A program made the position numbers and the translations under genes. DNA of 64,000 nucleotides. Origin: Escherichia phage EC1-UPM. The notes under the pieces are model-generated. The model was not told where the DNA came from, did no database searches, and saw nothing but the letters and a program-made list of their open reading frames with translations. Where the stretch lies: the sequence record NC_041906.1, one strand, 5' to 3'. Shown here in pieces: positions 8,587 to 17,851 of this stretch (positions within the stretch are counted from its first letter, which is position 1; every line of letters begins with the position of its first letter).

Positions 8587-8768
8587 AATTAACTCAGTCC
8601 CAAGCAATCTTCCTTCGCATGGTTCAAGGTGGTTCTGCCACCAGCAACCGTAATAACAAAACCGCACAGTCTCTTAAGAAGCTGGGCTTAGTGCAGTTCA
8701 ATACTGGTCTTGGGTGGTCATTAACCCCTATCGGTGTACTTCAACTCAATGAAATGAAAGGTAACTGA
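8583..8768 (+). CDS. hypothetical protein (61 aa, TTG start)
   Basis: ORF overlap-coupled; non-ATG start. Confidence 0.3.
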   Translation: MKLTQSQAIFLRMVQGGSATSNRNNKTAQSLKKLGLVQFNTGLGWSLTPIGVLQLNEMKGN

Positions 8769-9098
8769 ATGAAAGCTTTACTTAAAAGTATTGCAGTAGC
8801 TGCACTGATAGCTTTGGTTCCAAATGCACAAGCAGTTAAACCAGAACCAATTCTGGAAGGTGCTCAGGCTTATCTGGATGACACCCGTGATGCGTTCGGA
8901 CAAGGATTCTTCATGGGTAGTATGATCTCTTACATCGAGAACACTAATAACTGTGTTCCAGATGGTATGAAGTATTCAGACATTCTACCTAAGATTGCCA
9001 AAGTAGTTATTTATGACTCTGCAATCCTCAAATTGAAGAATACATCCCAAATTGTTGTGTACTCAGTACACAAGGCATATCCCTGCACCAAATCTTAA
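8769..9098 (+). CDS. secreted/periplasmic small protein (109 aa)
   Basis: Signal-peptide-like N-terminus MKALLKSIAVAALIALVPNAQA; two Cys in mature part. Confidence 0.45.
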   Translation: MKALLKSIAVAALIALVPNAQAVKPEPILEGAQAYLDDTRDAFGQGFFMGSMISYIENTNNCVPDGMKYSDILPKIAKVVIYDSAILKLKNTSQIVVYSVHKAYPCTKS

Positions 9099-9132
9099 TT
9101 AGTAATTCCATTAACTTTAGGAGAGTAAGTAA

Positions 9133-10185
9133 ATGGCGAGCATTGACTCACTGACCGTATGTAATACACGTCAGGCCCGTAACTTTATTATTCGTGCCCT
9201 GCAAGCAGGTAACGTACCGTTTCTGACTTCATCACCAGGTATGGGTAAATCTGCAATTATTCGTTCTGTTGCAGAAGAATTTGGTATGAAGCTGATAGAC
9301 CATCGTCTGTCTACTTCTGCCCCGGAAGACTTATCCGGTTTACCATTCCGTAATGGTGACCGTGCAGAGTTTATTCCTTTCGCTGATTTATTCCCTATCG
9401 AGGGGGATGAGATACCAGAAGGATATAATGGCTGGCTCCTGTTCCTTGATGAGTTTCCATCTGCTCGCAAAGAAGTAATAGCTGCTGCATACAAGCTAAT
9501 TCTCGACCGTATGACTGGTCAGAAAAAACTTCATCCTAATGTGATGATTGTCTGTGCTGGTAACAAAGCTACTGACCGTGCCATTGTTAACCCATTAGGT
9601 ACTGCAATGCAGTCTCGTGTGGTTCACTTTGAGATGGAACTTAACTTCGATGTCTTTGTTGAAGACGTAATGATTCCTCAACAATGGGATGAACGTCTGG
9701 TTGCATTCTTACATGCTAACCCTGGTTATCTGCATGACTTCGACCCAGCTCATAAGAACAAAACGTTCTGTTGCCCACGTACCTGGGACTTTGTTAACAA
9801 AGACCTTAAGAACCAGCCAGAAGGTGCTCTGCCCGATGAAGATTCTCTTTACTACGCAGGACACGTTACTGCCGGTAAGGCTACAGAATTTGTTCAGTTT
9901 ACCCAGGTATACAATCGTATCATTACGATTGAGAAGGTAGTCAAAGACCCACTGGGCTGTGCACTACCAGAAGATAACAACCTGTGCTGGGCTACCGTTA
10001 ATCATCTGGCTAACAAGACTACTGAAGAGAACTTTGTTGATGTTCTTCAGTATATTGAACGTTTTAAAACGTTCACTCATAAGATTCTGTACTTCCGTAC
10101 AGTAGGCAAAGCATTACCAGAAATTCAGGCTACCCCTGAATGGCGTAAAGCTGCTGCTAATGTCTCTCGTTACATTCACGGATAA
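9133..10185 (+). CDS. AAA+ ATPase (MoxR-like; N4 gp24-like)
   Basis: Walker A SSPGMGKSAII, Walker B LLFLDEF. Confidence 0.65.
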   Translation: MASIDSLTVCNTRQARNFIIRALQAGNVPFLTSSPGMGKSAIIRSVAEEFGMKLIDHRLSTSAPEDLSGLPFRNGDRAEFIPFADLFPIEGDEIPEGYNGWLLFLDEFPSARKEVIAAAYKLILDRMTGQKKLHPNVMIVCAGNKATDRAIVNPLGTAMQSRVVHFEMELNFDVFVEDVMIPQQWDERLVAFLHANPGYLHDFDPAHKNKTFCCPRTWDFVNKDLKNQPEGALPDEDSLYYAGHVTAGKATEFVQFTQVYNRIITIEKVVKDPLGCALPEDNNLCWATVNHLANKTTEENFVDVLQYIERFKTFTHKILYFRTVGKALPEIQATPEWRKAAANVSRYIHG

Positions 10186-10191
10186 TCGCAA

Positions 10192-11368
10192 CATGAACCA
10201 ATTTCCTCAGCACACACTTAGTGATGAACAACTCATGCGTGAATATGACCGTATTCAGGCTAAGGCTTTCCTAGGACGCAGTGCTGCGTTCTTTGGTTCA
10301 TTGCTGTGTAGTCTTAAGTTCTCATGGAAACGTGAGGATTGCCCCACTGCATGTACTGATGGGATAGAACTCCATTTCAATCCTGATTTCTTTATCTGGA
10401 TGTGCCCAGATGCAAGAGAAACAGTATTAATGCATGAACTCTGGCATGTGGCTTATCTACACGACATCCGTCGTGGAAGCCGAGACCCAGAAGTCTGGAA
10501 CCAGGCTTGTGACCACTTCATTAACCTTCAGTTAGAAGAAGATGGTTACAAGTTCACTGGCATTGATGAAGGCATTTGCAAAGACCCTCAATATAAAGGA
10601 TGGGTCGAAGAAGACATCTACGATGACCTGATGAAGAACCCCCAGAAAAGGCAGAAGCCGTCAGGGGGTGCTGGAGCAGGTCTTGCTGGCGACATGAAAT
10701 CCCCCACTTCGGGGCAGTCCCAGGGTGCTGTCGTCAACAACGTAGTACGTGCAATGCAGAGCCAGAAAATGGCTGGTGGAACGATGCCTGGTAAGGGTGC
10801 TGGTCGTATGGAAGAGGTTATTACCCAATTCCTTAAACCAGTGGTTCCATGGCAAGAAGTCCTGATGAACTTCTTTACCGACATTGATGACACTCACTAT
10901 ACGTGGGCCAGACCTAACCGTCGTTACACTGATATTTATCTACCTTCACTGGAAGATGATGAAGGACGCTTACGACACTTAGCCTACTTTGAGGATGTAT
11001 CTGGTTCCATCAGTAGTACTGACTCTCTGCGTTTTAACTCAGAGGTTGCCTACGTTAAGAGCCAGTTCAATCCTAAGAAGATGACCCTAATCACCTTCGA
11101 CGATGTTATCCAAGAAGAGATAGACATCACTGAAGAAGATACTTTTGAGGAGATTAAGATTACTGGTCGTGGTGGTACAAACCTGGAACCAGTACGTGAT
11201 TGGATTATTAAGAATAAGCCAACCGCTGCAATCATATTCTCTGATATGTATGTTCGTCCAATGGAAGAACTACCATTTGATATCCCAATCATCTGGTGTG
11301 TTCTGAATAATCCTAATGCTACCGTACCTTTTGGGGAGGTAGTTCATATCCCTAAAGGAATGAAATGA
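10192..11368 (+). CDS. vWA-domain protein (partner of AAA ATPase; N4 gp25-like)
   Basis: MIDAS-like DVSGS motif; directly downstream of AAA ATPase. Confidence 0.5.
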
Positions 11369-11817
11369 TTATTAACCGCAGTCGTTTATTAGAACTGGCT
11401 CCTATAAAGAACATGGTGGACTCTAAGCAAACCTTTAATGGTTTTTCTTGGGGATTAACAGAATGCGGATACGATATTCGTATTAAGCAAGATGTGACCA
11501 TGTTTTTAGGTCGTCGTTTCGTGTTGGCTTCTGCCATAGAAGAATTCGATGTACCTCATAACCTAATGGGTCGTGTACTCAATAAGAGTACCTGGGCCAG
11601 AAAGGGCATTGACGCAAGCATGACTACCAATATCGAACCAGGGTGGGAAGGTTTCCTTACTCTTGAGCTTCGTTATTCGGGTGTTTTGCCTGTTAAAATA
11701 AAAGCTGGTACTGGCATAGCTCAGGTTATCTTCGAAGAGATAGCAGAACATTGTCATTATGAAGGTAAGTACCAGTGTCAACCAAACCAACCAGTAGCTG
11801 CTAGAAGCAGTAAATAA
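11365..11817 (+). CDS. dCTP deaminase-like protein (dUTPase superfamily)
   Basis: KSTWARKGIDAS...IEPGWEGFLTLEL...KAGTGIAQVIF matches Dcd/dUTPase core motifs. Confidence 0.55.
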   Translation: MIINRSRLLELAPIKNMVDSKQTFNGFSWGLTECGYDIRIKQDVTMFLGRRFVLASAIEEFDVPHNLMGRVLNKSTWARKGIDASMTTNIEPGWEGFLTLELRYSGVLPVKIKAGTGIAQVIFEEIAEHCHYEGKYQCQPNQPVAARSSK

Positions 11818-11826
11818 GGGGACAAC

Positions 11827-12036
11827 ATGTCAGTATTTCAAGTAACTCATGCAACCTCAGATGTACGCTTAACCATTAATGCTGCAAATGTAATTGCAGT
11901 AGAACAGATTCCACAGTCTGACCATGCACGCGTCATATTTGTAGATAATAACTATATAGAAACCAAAGAAACCTATCGTTCAGTACGCAATTACCTGAAG
12001 AAAGCTCTTACACCTGCAAGCAAAGACTCTGAGTAA
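11827..12036 (+). CDS. hypothetical protein (69 aa)
   Basis: ORF with AAGGGG RBS. Confidence 0.4.
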   Translation: MSVFQVTHATSDVRLTINAANVIAVEQIPQSDHARVIFVDNNYIETKETYRSVRNYLKKALTPASKDSE

Positions 12037-12109
12037 GTAGCTGCCTAAATAGCCCAGCATAGTTGGGCTATTTGTGAAGAAACTAACTCAACCCCACATA
12101 GGAACCATC

Positions 12110-12352
12110 ATGGAATCTTTAGCAGCAATTCTTGTTCTGTTATTTGTATTAGCGGTATACCTTATCCCTACTATCATTGCTTTTGCACGAGGCCATGCCT
12201 CTAAGTGGGGCATTGGTGTGCTTAATATCGTATTAGGCTGGTCACTGGTATTCTGGGTAGTAGCACTGATTTGGGCACTGTCTAATAAAGGTCAGAGCCA
12301 GGTTACAAATGTAACTGTTGTACAAACCAACGGTGGCAGTAAAGCAGAGTAA
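12110..12352 (+). CDS. superinfection-immunity-like membrane protein (Imm family)
   Basis: YLIPTIIAFARGH...LNIVLGWSLVFWVVALIWA matches recalled Imm family signature; two TM helices. Confidence 0.55.
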   Translation: MESLAAILVLLFVLAVYLIPTIIAFARGHASKWGIGVLNIVLGWSLVFWVVALIWALSNKGQSQVTNVTVVQTNGGSKAE

Positions 12353-12426
12353 CTAATCTAAGCATCATTACATAGTGGTGCTTGTGGAAGTTGCTTCCAG
12401 CTCATTGCTTATCCATCTCCTAACCC

Positions 12427-12455
12427 AAGCCCACCTAACCCGTGGGCTTTTTTAA
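12427..12455 (+). terminator. rho-independent terminator
   Basis: AAGCCCAC..GTGGGCTT stem followed by TTTTTT. Confidence 0.6.
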
Positions 12456-12469
12456 TTACAGGTACTCTT

Positions 12470-12850
12470 ATGACAAACAGACAAAATGGTAAGTCTATCT
12501 TGTATGGGCTGGACTTAAGTAAACTAGAACAAACTGCAATGCTTGCTTTGGGTAAAACTGTCCATGGCCAAGTGGAGAGTAAAATTGAATTAGATCTTTA
12601 TGCAACAATTCAGACTCTTATTCAGAAAAAATGGATTACTAGCAGACCTTTTCCTTCATACATTCCCCCAGAACCTCATCTGAAAGCTAAGGTAGACCGA
12701 ATCATAGATAAGTTCTGGCTTAATCCATGTAAGGATGACATGCAACTTTATCTGGCTCAAATACAAAAGAACCCCCGTACTAAGGATGTATTCAAAGGTA
12801 AGAGTACTACTCACCACTACCCCTGGTATAGAAGAGGTAGTAAATACTAA
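12470..12850 (+). CDS. hypothetical protein (126 aa)
   Basis: ORF. Confidence 0.4.
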   Translation: MTNRQNGKSILYGLDLSKLEQTAMLALGKTVHGQVESKIELDLYATIQTLIQKKWITSRPFPSYIPPEPHLKAKVDRIIDKFWLNPCKDDMQLYLAQIQKNPRTKDVFKGKSTTHHYPWYRRGSKY

Positions 12851-13293
12851 TGCGTATCCCATTCCTAAGAAAAAGGGAACGAAGCCATGTTCTTTATAAG
12901 AAGGACATAGAGAATGAGTATGAACTCAACCGTAAAGCCCGTTCCTACACAACAAAATTATTTATGGGGACTAAAAACCCTGATAGATTACTGGACTTTG
13001 TTTTTGAACAAGTCTTTATCATATACAGCTTAGCTATGTCTGCTGGTTCACAAGAAGTAAGTGATAAAGCAAGACATGCTCTCTGTATGCTCCGTAAAGA
13101 GTATGAAGCCCTCATGTATAGAGACTTGTACTCCTTTAAAGAAGAAACCGCTGTAGCGTGTTCTGTGGCTCTTACTGAAGGTGTAGCAGTATTACAGGAA
13201 CTACCTCGTAGTGAGTTTAAGCTGGTATACGTTCAGGTTAAGAGAATCACAGAGACGAGAAGTGGTATCACCAACTATCTAAGGTCATTCTAA
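12850..13293 (+). CDS. hypothetical protein (147 aa)
   Basis: ORF overlap-coupled. Confidence 0.45.
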   Translation: MRIPFLRKRERSHVLYKKDIENEYELNRKARSYTTKLFMGTKNPDRLLDFVFEQVFIIYSLAMSAGSQEVSDKARHALCMLRKEYEALMYRDLYSFKEETAVACSVALTEGVAVLQELPRSEFKLVYVQVKRITETRSGITNYLRSF

Positions 13294-14237
13294 TGATTAA
13301 GGCATCAGTAATTGCAGATTCCGTGCATCCAGAAACAGGAACTCGTATCACAACCTTTGAATTGGTTTATCCCCGATTCATTCACAGTGAGTTTATGACT
13401 CACCGTGTATTCAACCGCAATGCTTCAAGCAGTCGTGCTATTCCTACTTCTAAGCTTATCGAACAGGTTCGTAATGAACCAGTGATGCCAAGTCACTGGG
13501 GCAAGAACCAGAAAGGTATGCAAGCAGACGAAGAACTCACTCCTATGGAAATCGGGGATGCTAAGTTTATCTGGGATAACGCTGCATCTGCTGCTGCTGT
13601 GTATGCTGAACAGCTACGTCGTGGGCAAGTACATAAGCAGATTGTTAACCGTATTCTGGAACCCTTCACGCATATCCGTGTAGTGGTAACTTCAACAAGC
13701 TGGGCTAATTTCTATGGACTTCGTGACCACAAAGATGCACAACCAGAAATTCGTGAACTGGCTCAGGCAATGCGTAAGGCACACGAAGAAAGTGTTCCAT
13801 CTAAACTCATACAAGGACATTGGCATTTGCCGTATATCACTGCTAATGACCGTTTTGCTGCTTACGATTTCTGCAAACACAATCGAATTACACGCGATGA
13901 ACCAAGTGGTGCAGAAGTGTATGGCTTACTTCTCAAAGTAAGTGCTGCACGCTGTGCCCGTGCTTCCTATAACAACTTTGAAGGACGTCCCTCTACCATT
14001 GAAGAAGACCTTGGCTTATTTGCTAAGTTAGTGGAAAACCAACCTATTCACGCTTCGCCAACGGAGCATCAGGCTACACCTATGAACCTTGGTGAGAAAT
14101 ACGTGAATAACATGAACCCAGTTACATGGGAACAAGGTGTTACATCTATGGATAAAGAAGGGAATCTGTACTCAGGTAACCTGCTCCACTTTATCCAATT
14201 CCGTAAGTTAATCCCAGGTGAGACTATTACTGAATGA
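13293..14237 (+). CDS. thyX: flavin-dependent thymidylate synthase (ThyX-like)
   Basis: EFMTHRVFNRNASSSRAIP resembles ThyX RHR(x7)SxR signature. Confidence 0.65.
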   Translation: MIKASVIADSVHPETGTRITTFELVYPRFIHSEFMTHRVFNRNASSSRAIPTSKLIEQVRNEPVMPSHWGKNQKGMQADEELTPMEIGDAKFIWDNAASAAAVYAEQLRRGQVHKQIVNRILEPFTHIRVVVTSTSWANFYGLRDHKDAQPEIRELAQAMRKAHEESVPSKLIQGHWHLPYITANDRFAAYDFCKHNRITRDEPSGAEVYGLLLKVSAARCARASYNNFEGRPSTIEEDLGLFAKLVENQPIHASPTEHQATPMNLGEKYVNNMNPVTWEQGVTSMDKEGNLYSGNLLHFIQFRKLIPGETITE

Positions 14238-14473
14238 ATAAACTAGCTCTGTACGCAATGCTAATTAGTGCCTTACTCACACTGACCTACGCATACAAAG
14301 TCGCCTTTGTGGTAGAAACAGATATGCAGTTCATTCGAGCCAGTATTCTGTTCTTTGTAAGCGAAATTGGCTTATGGTGTGTCTACTACTTTGCTCGTGA
14401 CTACGAAGCCATTCGTGAGCAAGAAGAAATGAAAAAACAAATGATACGATTTGTAGAACAAAATCGTAAATAA
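14234..14473 (+). CDS. small membrane protein (79 aa)
   Basis: Hydrophobic segments; ATGA overlap with thyX. Confidence 0.45.
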   Translation: MNKLALYAMLISALLTLTYAYKVAFVVETDMQFIRASILFFVSEIGLWCVYYFARDYEAIREQEEMKKQMIRFVEQNRK

Positions 14474-14478
14474 ACCTA

Positions 14479-14505
14479 AGACCTCCTCCGGGAGGTCTTT
14501 TTTTG
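14479..14505 (+). terminator. rho-independent terminator
   Basis: AGACCTCC-TCCG-GGAGGTCT followed by TTTTTTT GGTTT; near-identical to terminator at 7880. Confidence 0.65.
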
Positions 14506-14738
14506 GTTTCAATTAACTCTTTCAGGAGGGCATATGCCTGCTAAATACCGTATCAAAGACACACCCATAATGTGTGAGGGTGAGAAGGGTGACATTGTAT
14601 ATGCCTGTATCTAGGATGATTTCAATGCTGCTCTTATGTTAACCCAAATGACCAATACACTGCATGTATCAGTAACACTGGACCCCACTGGTGACTATCC
14701 ATGCTTCCCTATTCCTGCCCATAACCTGGAGCAAATCC

Positions 14739-15068
14739 ATGATTAATCCTGAAGTAATTCATAGTAAAACAGGTAAGGCTGTCCCACTTAGTGAGATTGC
14801 AGTAACTGGTGATATTGCTGCTTGTCCAGCTAACATTGCCTCTCTATGTATGTGCATCGCTGCCCTAGCAGAGGAACGTAAGTTATGGTTGGAACCAAGC
14901 AAGGAAATGATTCAAGCCGGTCTGTCCGAAGTACAGCGTATGCTTGATGAATGGGATGACGAAGGTCACATTCAATTAGGGCACGGTAATGACCCAGTCA
15001 GTGATGACCAAGCAGCAGATTTGGCTGTATTTGTCCTTCAAGCAATGGCAGGTAAACGTAATGGCTAA
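14739..15068 (+). CDS. hypothetical protein (109 aa; internal ATG of ORF 14691..15068)
   Basis: ATG at 14739 with GGAG RBS 8 nt upstream. Confidence 0.35.
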   Translation: MINPEVIHSKTGKAVPLSEIAVTGDIAACPANIASLCMCIAALAEERKLWLEPSKEMIQAGLSEVQRMLDEWDDEGHIQLGHGNDPVSDDQAADLAVFVLQAMAGKRNG

Positions 15069-15252
15069 TGTAAATATCGCCTCAGAGAAAACGTATAGCA
15101 TTCAGATTAACGGCTTAACCGAATATCAGGTCTTATTCCTAATGAATGCTTTTCAGAATAGTCCTGTAGGTCACCATCCTAATGATGAACCACGGGAAGA
15201 AGCTGAACTTCGTAAAGCTATTTTTGATAAGTGTAAACAAGTTCTAATGTAA
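15061..15252 (+). CDS. hypothetical protein (63 aa)
   Basis: ATG overlapping upstream stop. Confidence 0.35.
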   Translation: MANVNIASEKTYSIQINGLTEYQVLFLMNAFQNSPVGHHPNDEPREEAELRKAIFDKCKQVLM

Positions 15253-15279
15253 GCAACATTTAATCTGGAGAGTAAATAA

Positions 15280-17847
15280 ATGTTAGTTGCAGATACCAAT
15301 GAAGTAGCTACCTCAGCGACACTGGGTGGCAAAGAAACAATTGCCTTTGGCATCTCTGATGACCCGGCATTCTTCCATGTATTAAGTACTTCCTTGTATA
15401 ACAATCCTACCTTAGCAGTAGTTCGTGAGACTATCTGTAACAGTTGGGATGCTCATATTGAAGCAGGTAAGACTGATACCCCTATTCGTATCACTATTGA
15501 TACAGACAATTTTATTACCTTCCGTGACTTCGGTAACGGTATACCAGATGAACTCATTGGTTCCGTTTATGGTGTCTATGGTGCATCTACTAAAAAAGCC
15601 AACAGTAGTGTTACTGGTGGTTTTGGTCTGGGATGTAAATCTCCATTCGCTTATACAGATAGCTTCCAGGTTACTTCATGGAACCAAGGAAAGATGTCGG
15701 TATACAACATAGCTAAGGCTGCGATTGAGAATGATGGTAAACCAGGCATTGTTCCTATTGTTACTGGTATTCCTACTGAGGAATCTGGTCTGGAAGTTAA
15801 ATTCCAATTAGGTAAGCATGATTTAAATACCTTTATTCATTACATTAGGTCAATTGTATTCAATGGTGAAATTAAGGCCGAGCTTAGTACTACCAAACTA
15901 ATTAAAACGGATACAGGTATTAGTATTCAACAGGGTGACTATACTCTACTGGATACACTGGGTATGTCATTTGAACCTGGTTCATATGATATGTCTGATA
16001 GGTGGTATCAGGGATATATGGGTAACAGTAACATATACGTTCGCTACGGTAATGTAATGTATCCAATAGTATCCAGCCCAGCTAGTGAAGAAGCTGTGGG
16101 TCTTATTCTCAACTTCATGAACATCATTGGTGCTGACAATTTAGTAGTACAGGCTGCACCAGATACTCTAGCTATTGCTCCTAGCCGAGAAACGCTGTCT
16201 AACCAGAAGTTAACCGACGATGGTATTACTACTCTGTGTGTAGATTTAGTAGACCGTATGGAGAAGGAGATTAAGACTAAAATTCCTGAAGCTATTAAGC
16301 AGATTGAGGAATATGCTTCTAAATCCTCTGCTCGCTTTTGGGAATATCCTTCTTTCCTACTTGCCGTTACAGACAGAACTGTTCAACGCTATATGTCCTC
16401 TAGTCTATGGGCTAAGCAACGTAAGCATCACATCAAGCACTGGCGTAACTTATCCAATAAGGCATTATTAGCTCGCCCAGAGTATGCGGGTCTTAAGAAA
16501 CTGTATGGTAAGGCTATGCGTGCTCTTAAGGATACTCGTGAAGAAAGTACATACTCCCCATTCCATGAATTAGTATATCGTCATCTGCACTTACCTCAGC
16601 TTGCTATTTTAAAGGCCACAGGTATTAAATGGTCAGGTTACATAGTGAAACAGGGTAACTATGTTGACCTAGTGAAAAGTAAGCTTACTGACTACTTTAA
16701 GATGTACCATAACTCCCACCAGAGTATCGGCATATTCACTACCAAGAACGTTGTAGTTACCCGACGTTTATCTGATTGTGCAGACTCTTTCTCATACTTC
16801 CCTGAGTACAACCGAGGTGACCTGGAGCGTACAGCTTTTGTTCACGTAGTTGGTCCTAAGAAAGGTGCAGCGGAAGAAGCTGTAGCTAAGTTCGCTACTA
16901 TGGGTTATCGGGTAATTGACCTTACTCAATATAATGAGTGGGACAAACCGACTAACTACCGTAGAGAACAAGCTAAGATAGCAGCTGAGAAACGGGCTAA
17001 GACAATAGCTGCCAATAAAACCAAAGCAGGAGGTAAAATTAATGCTCTGATTTCATTGAATGCAGTTCTTGGTGCTACCCAGGTACGGAATAAAAATGGG
17101 GATTGGGAACCCAAGCCGTATATTCAGAAAGAATTTGCTGACCCAAGCCGTCATGAGAAATATGGTTTCGTTGAGGTAGAACAGCCTAAGTACTATGTAC
17201 TGGCTAATCAGGTTGGTGCTGGTAGCCCTGTAACTGCCTGGATTGGAACCATGTGGAAATGGTATGAGTTATCCGATGAGATGAAAGCAGAGACTGTTGT
17301 CTGCCGCAATCAAATTGAGGCTAACAAGGCAAAACGACGTGGTGCTATCCACATTGATGATGTTCGCTTTAATGAGTTGATGTCTGTTATTACCAGTAAG
17401 GGATTTAAGAAATATGTTACTGAACATCGCATCGGTATTCTAGAATACGTAGGACTGGATGACAGAGAATATTGGGAAATCCTCGACACACTGGGCCTAA
17501 CCTTCAAACCATTACAGAATCTGATTTTTAAACCAGAGTATGAATGGGCATATGACTTTTTACGAAATCGACCACATGACAACAAAGAAAAACTTGTTGA
17601 AATGGGTTGTATTAAGTCAGTGAGTGACTTAGAGCCATATACAATGATGGTTAATCCACGTAATCATAAATACTTCGAAGTGCTTAATAGGTACAAAGAA
17701 CTATTTTGTTATAGCTGGGCTAAAAATGACATCCTACAGACACTAGACTTAGGTAGTCTGGTTAAACACCTCAAGAAGAATCCAGAGGATATTCCTGGGT
17801 TTAAGTCCCTCTACCGTAATCGTCTAAATAAACTGAAAGGTAACTAA
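15280..17847 (+). CDS. rIIA: rIIA-like protein with N-terminal GHKL ATPase domain
   Basis: GHKL boxes ETICNSWDAH, DFGNGIP, GGFGLGCKS; 855 aa; followed by rIIB-sized gene. Confidence 0.6.
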   Translation: MLVADTNEVATSATLGGKETIAFGISDDPAFFHVLSTSLYNNPTLAVVRETICNSWDAHIEAGKTDTPIRITIDTDNFITFRDFGNGIPDELIGSVYGVYGASTKKANSSVTGGFGLGCKSPFAYTDSFQVTSWNQGKMSVYNIAKAAIENDGKPGIVPIVTGIPTEESGLEVKFQLGKHDLNTFIHYIRSIVFNGEIKAELSTTKLIKTDTGISIQQGDYTLLDTLGMSFEPGSYDMSDRWYQGYMGNSNIYVRYGNVMYPIVSSPASEEAVGLILNFMNIIGADNLVVQAAPDTLAIAPSRETLSNQKLTDDGITTLCVDLVDRMEKEIKTKIPEAIKQIEEYASKSSARFWEYPSFLLAVTDRTVQRYMSSSLWAKQRKHHIKHWRNLSNKALLARPEYAGLKKLYGKAMRALKDTREESTYSPFHELVYRHLHLPQLAILKATGIKWSGYIVKQGNYVDLVKSKLTDYFKMYHNSHQSIGIFTTKNVVVTRRLSDCADSFSYFPEYNRGDLERTAFVHVVGPKKGAAEEAVAKFATMGYRVIDLTQYNEWDKPTNYRREQAKIAAEKRAKTIAANKTKAGGKINALISLNAVLGATQVRNKNGDWEPKPYIQKEFADPSRHEKYGFVEVEQPKYYVLANQVGAGSPVTAWIGTMWKWYELSDEMKAETVVCRNQIEANKAKRRGAIHIDDVRFNELMSVITSKGFKKYVTEHRIGILEYVGLDDREYWEILDTLGLTFKPLQNLIFKPEYEWAYDFLRNRPHDNKEKLVEMGCIKSVSDLEPYTMMVNPRNHKYFEVLNRYKELFCYSWAKNDILQTLDLGSLVKHLKKNPEDIPGFKSLYRNRLNKLKGN

Positions 17848-17851
17848 TCTG

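Noticed and set aside
14534-14614. 26-codon ORF after the terminator at 14479
   Set aside because: Very short, no conserved features; possibly a leader peptide but unsupported.
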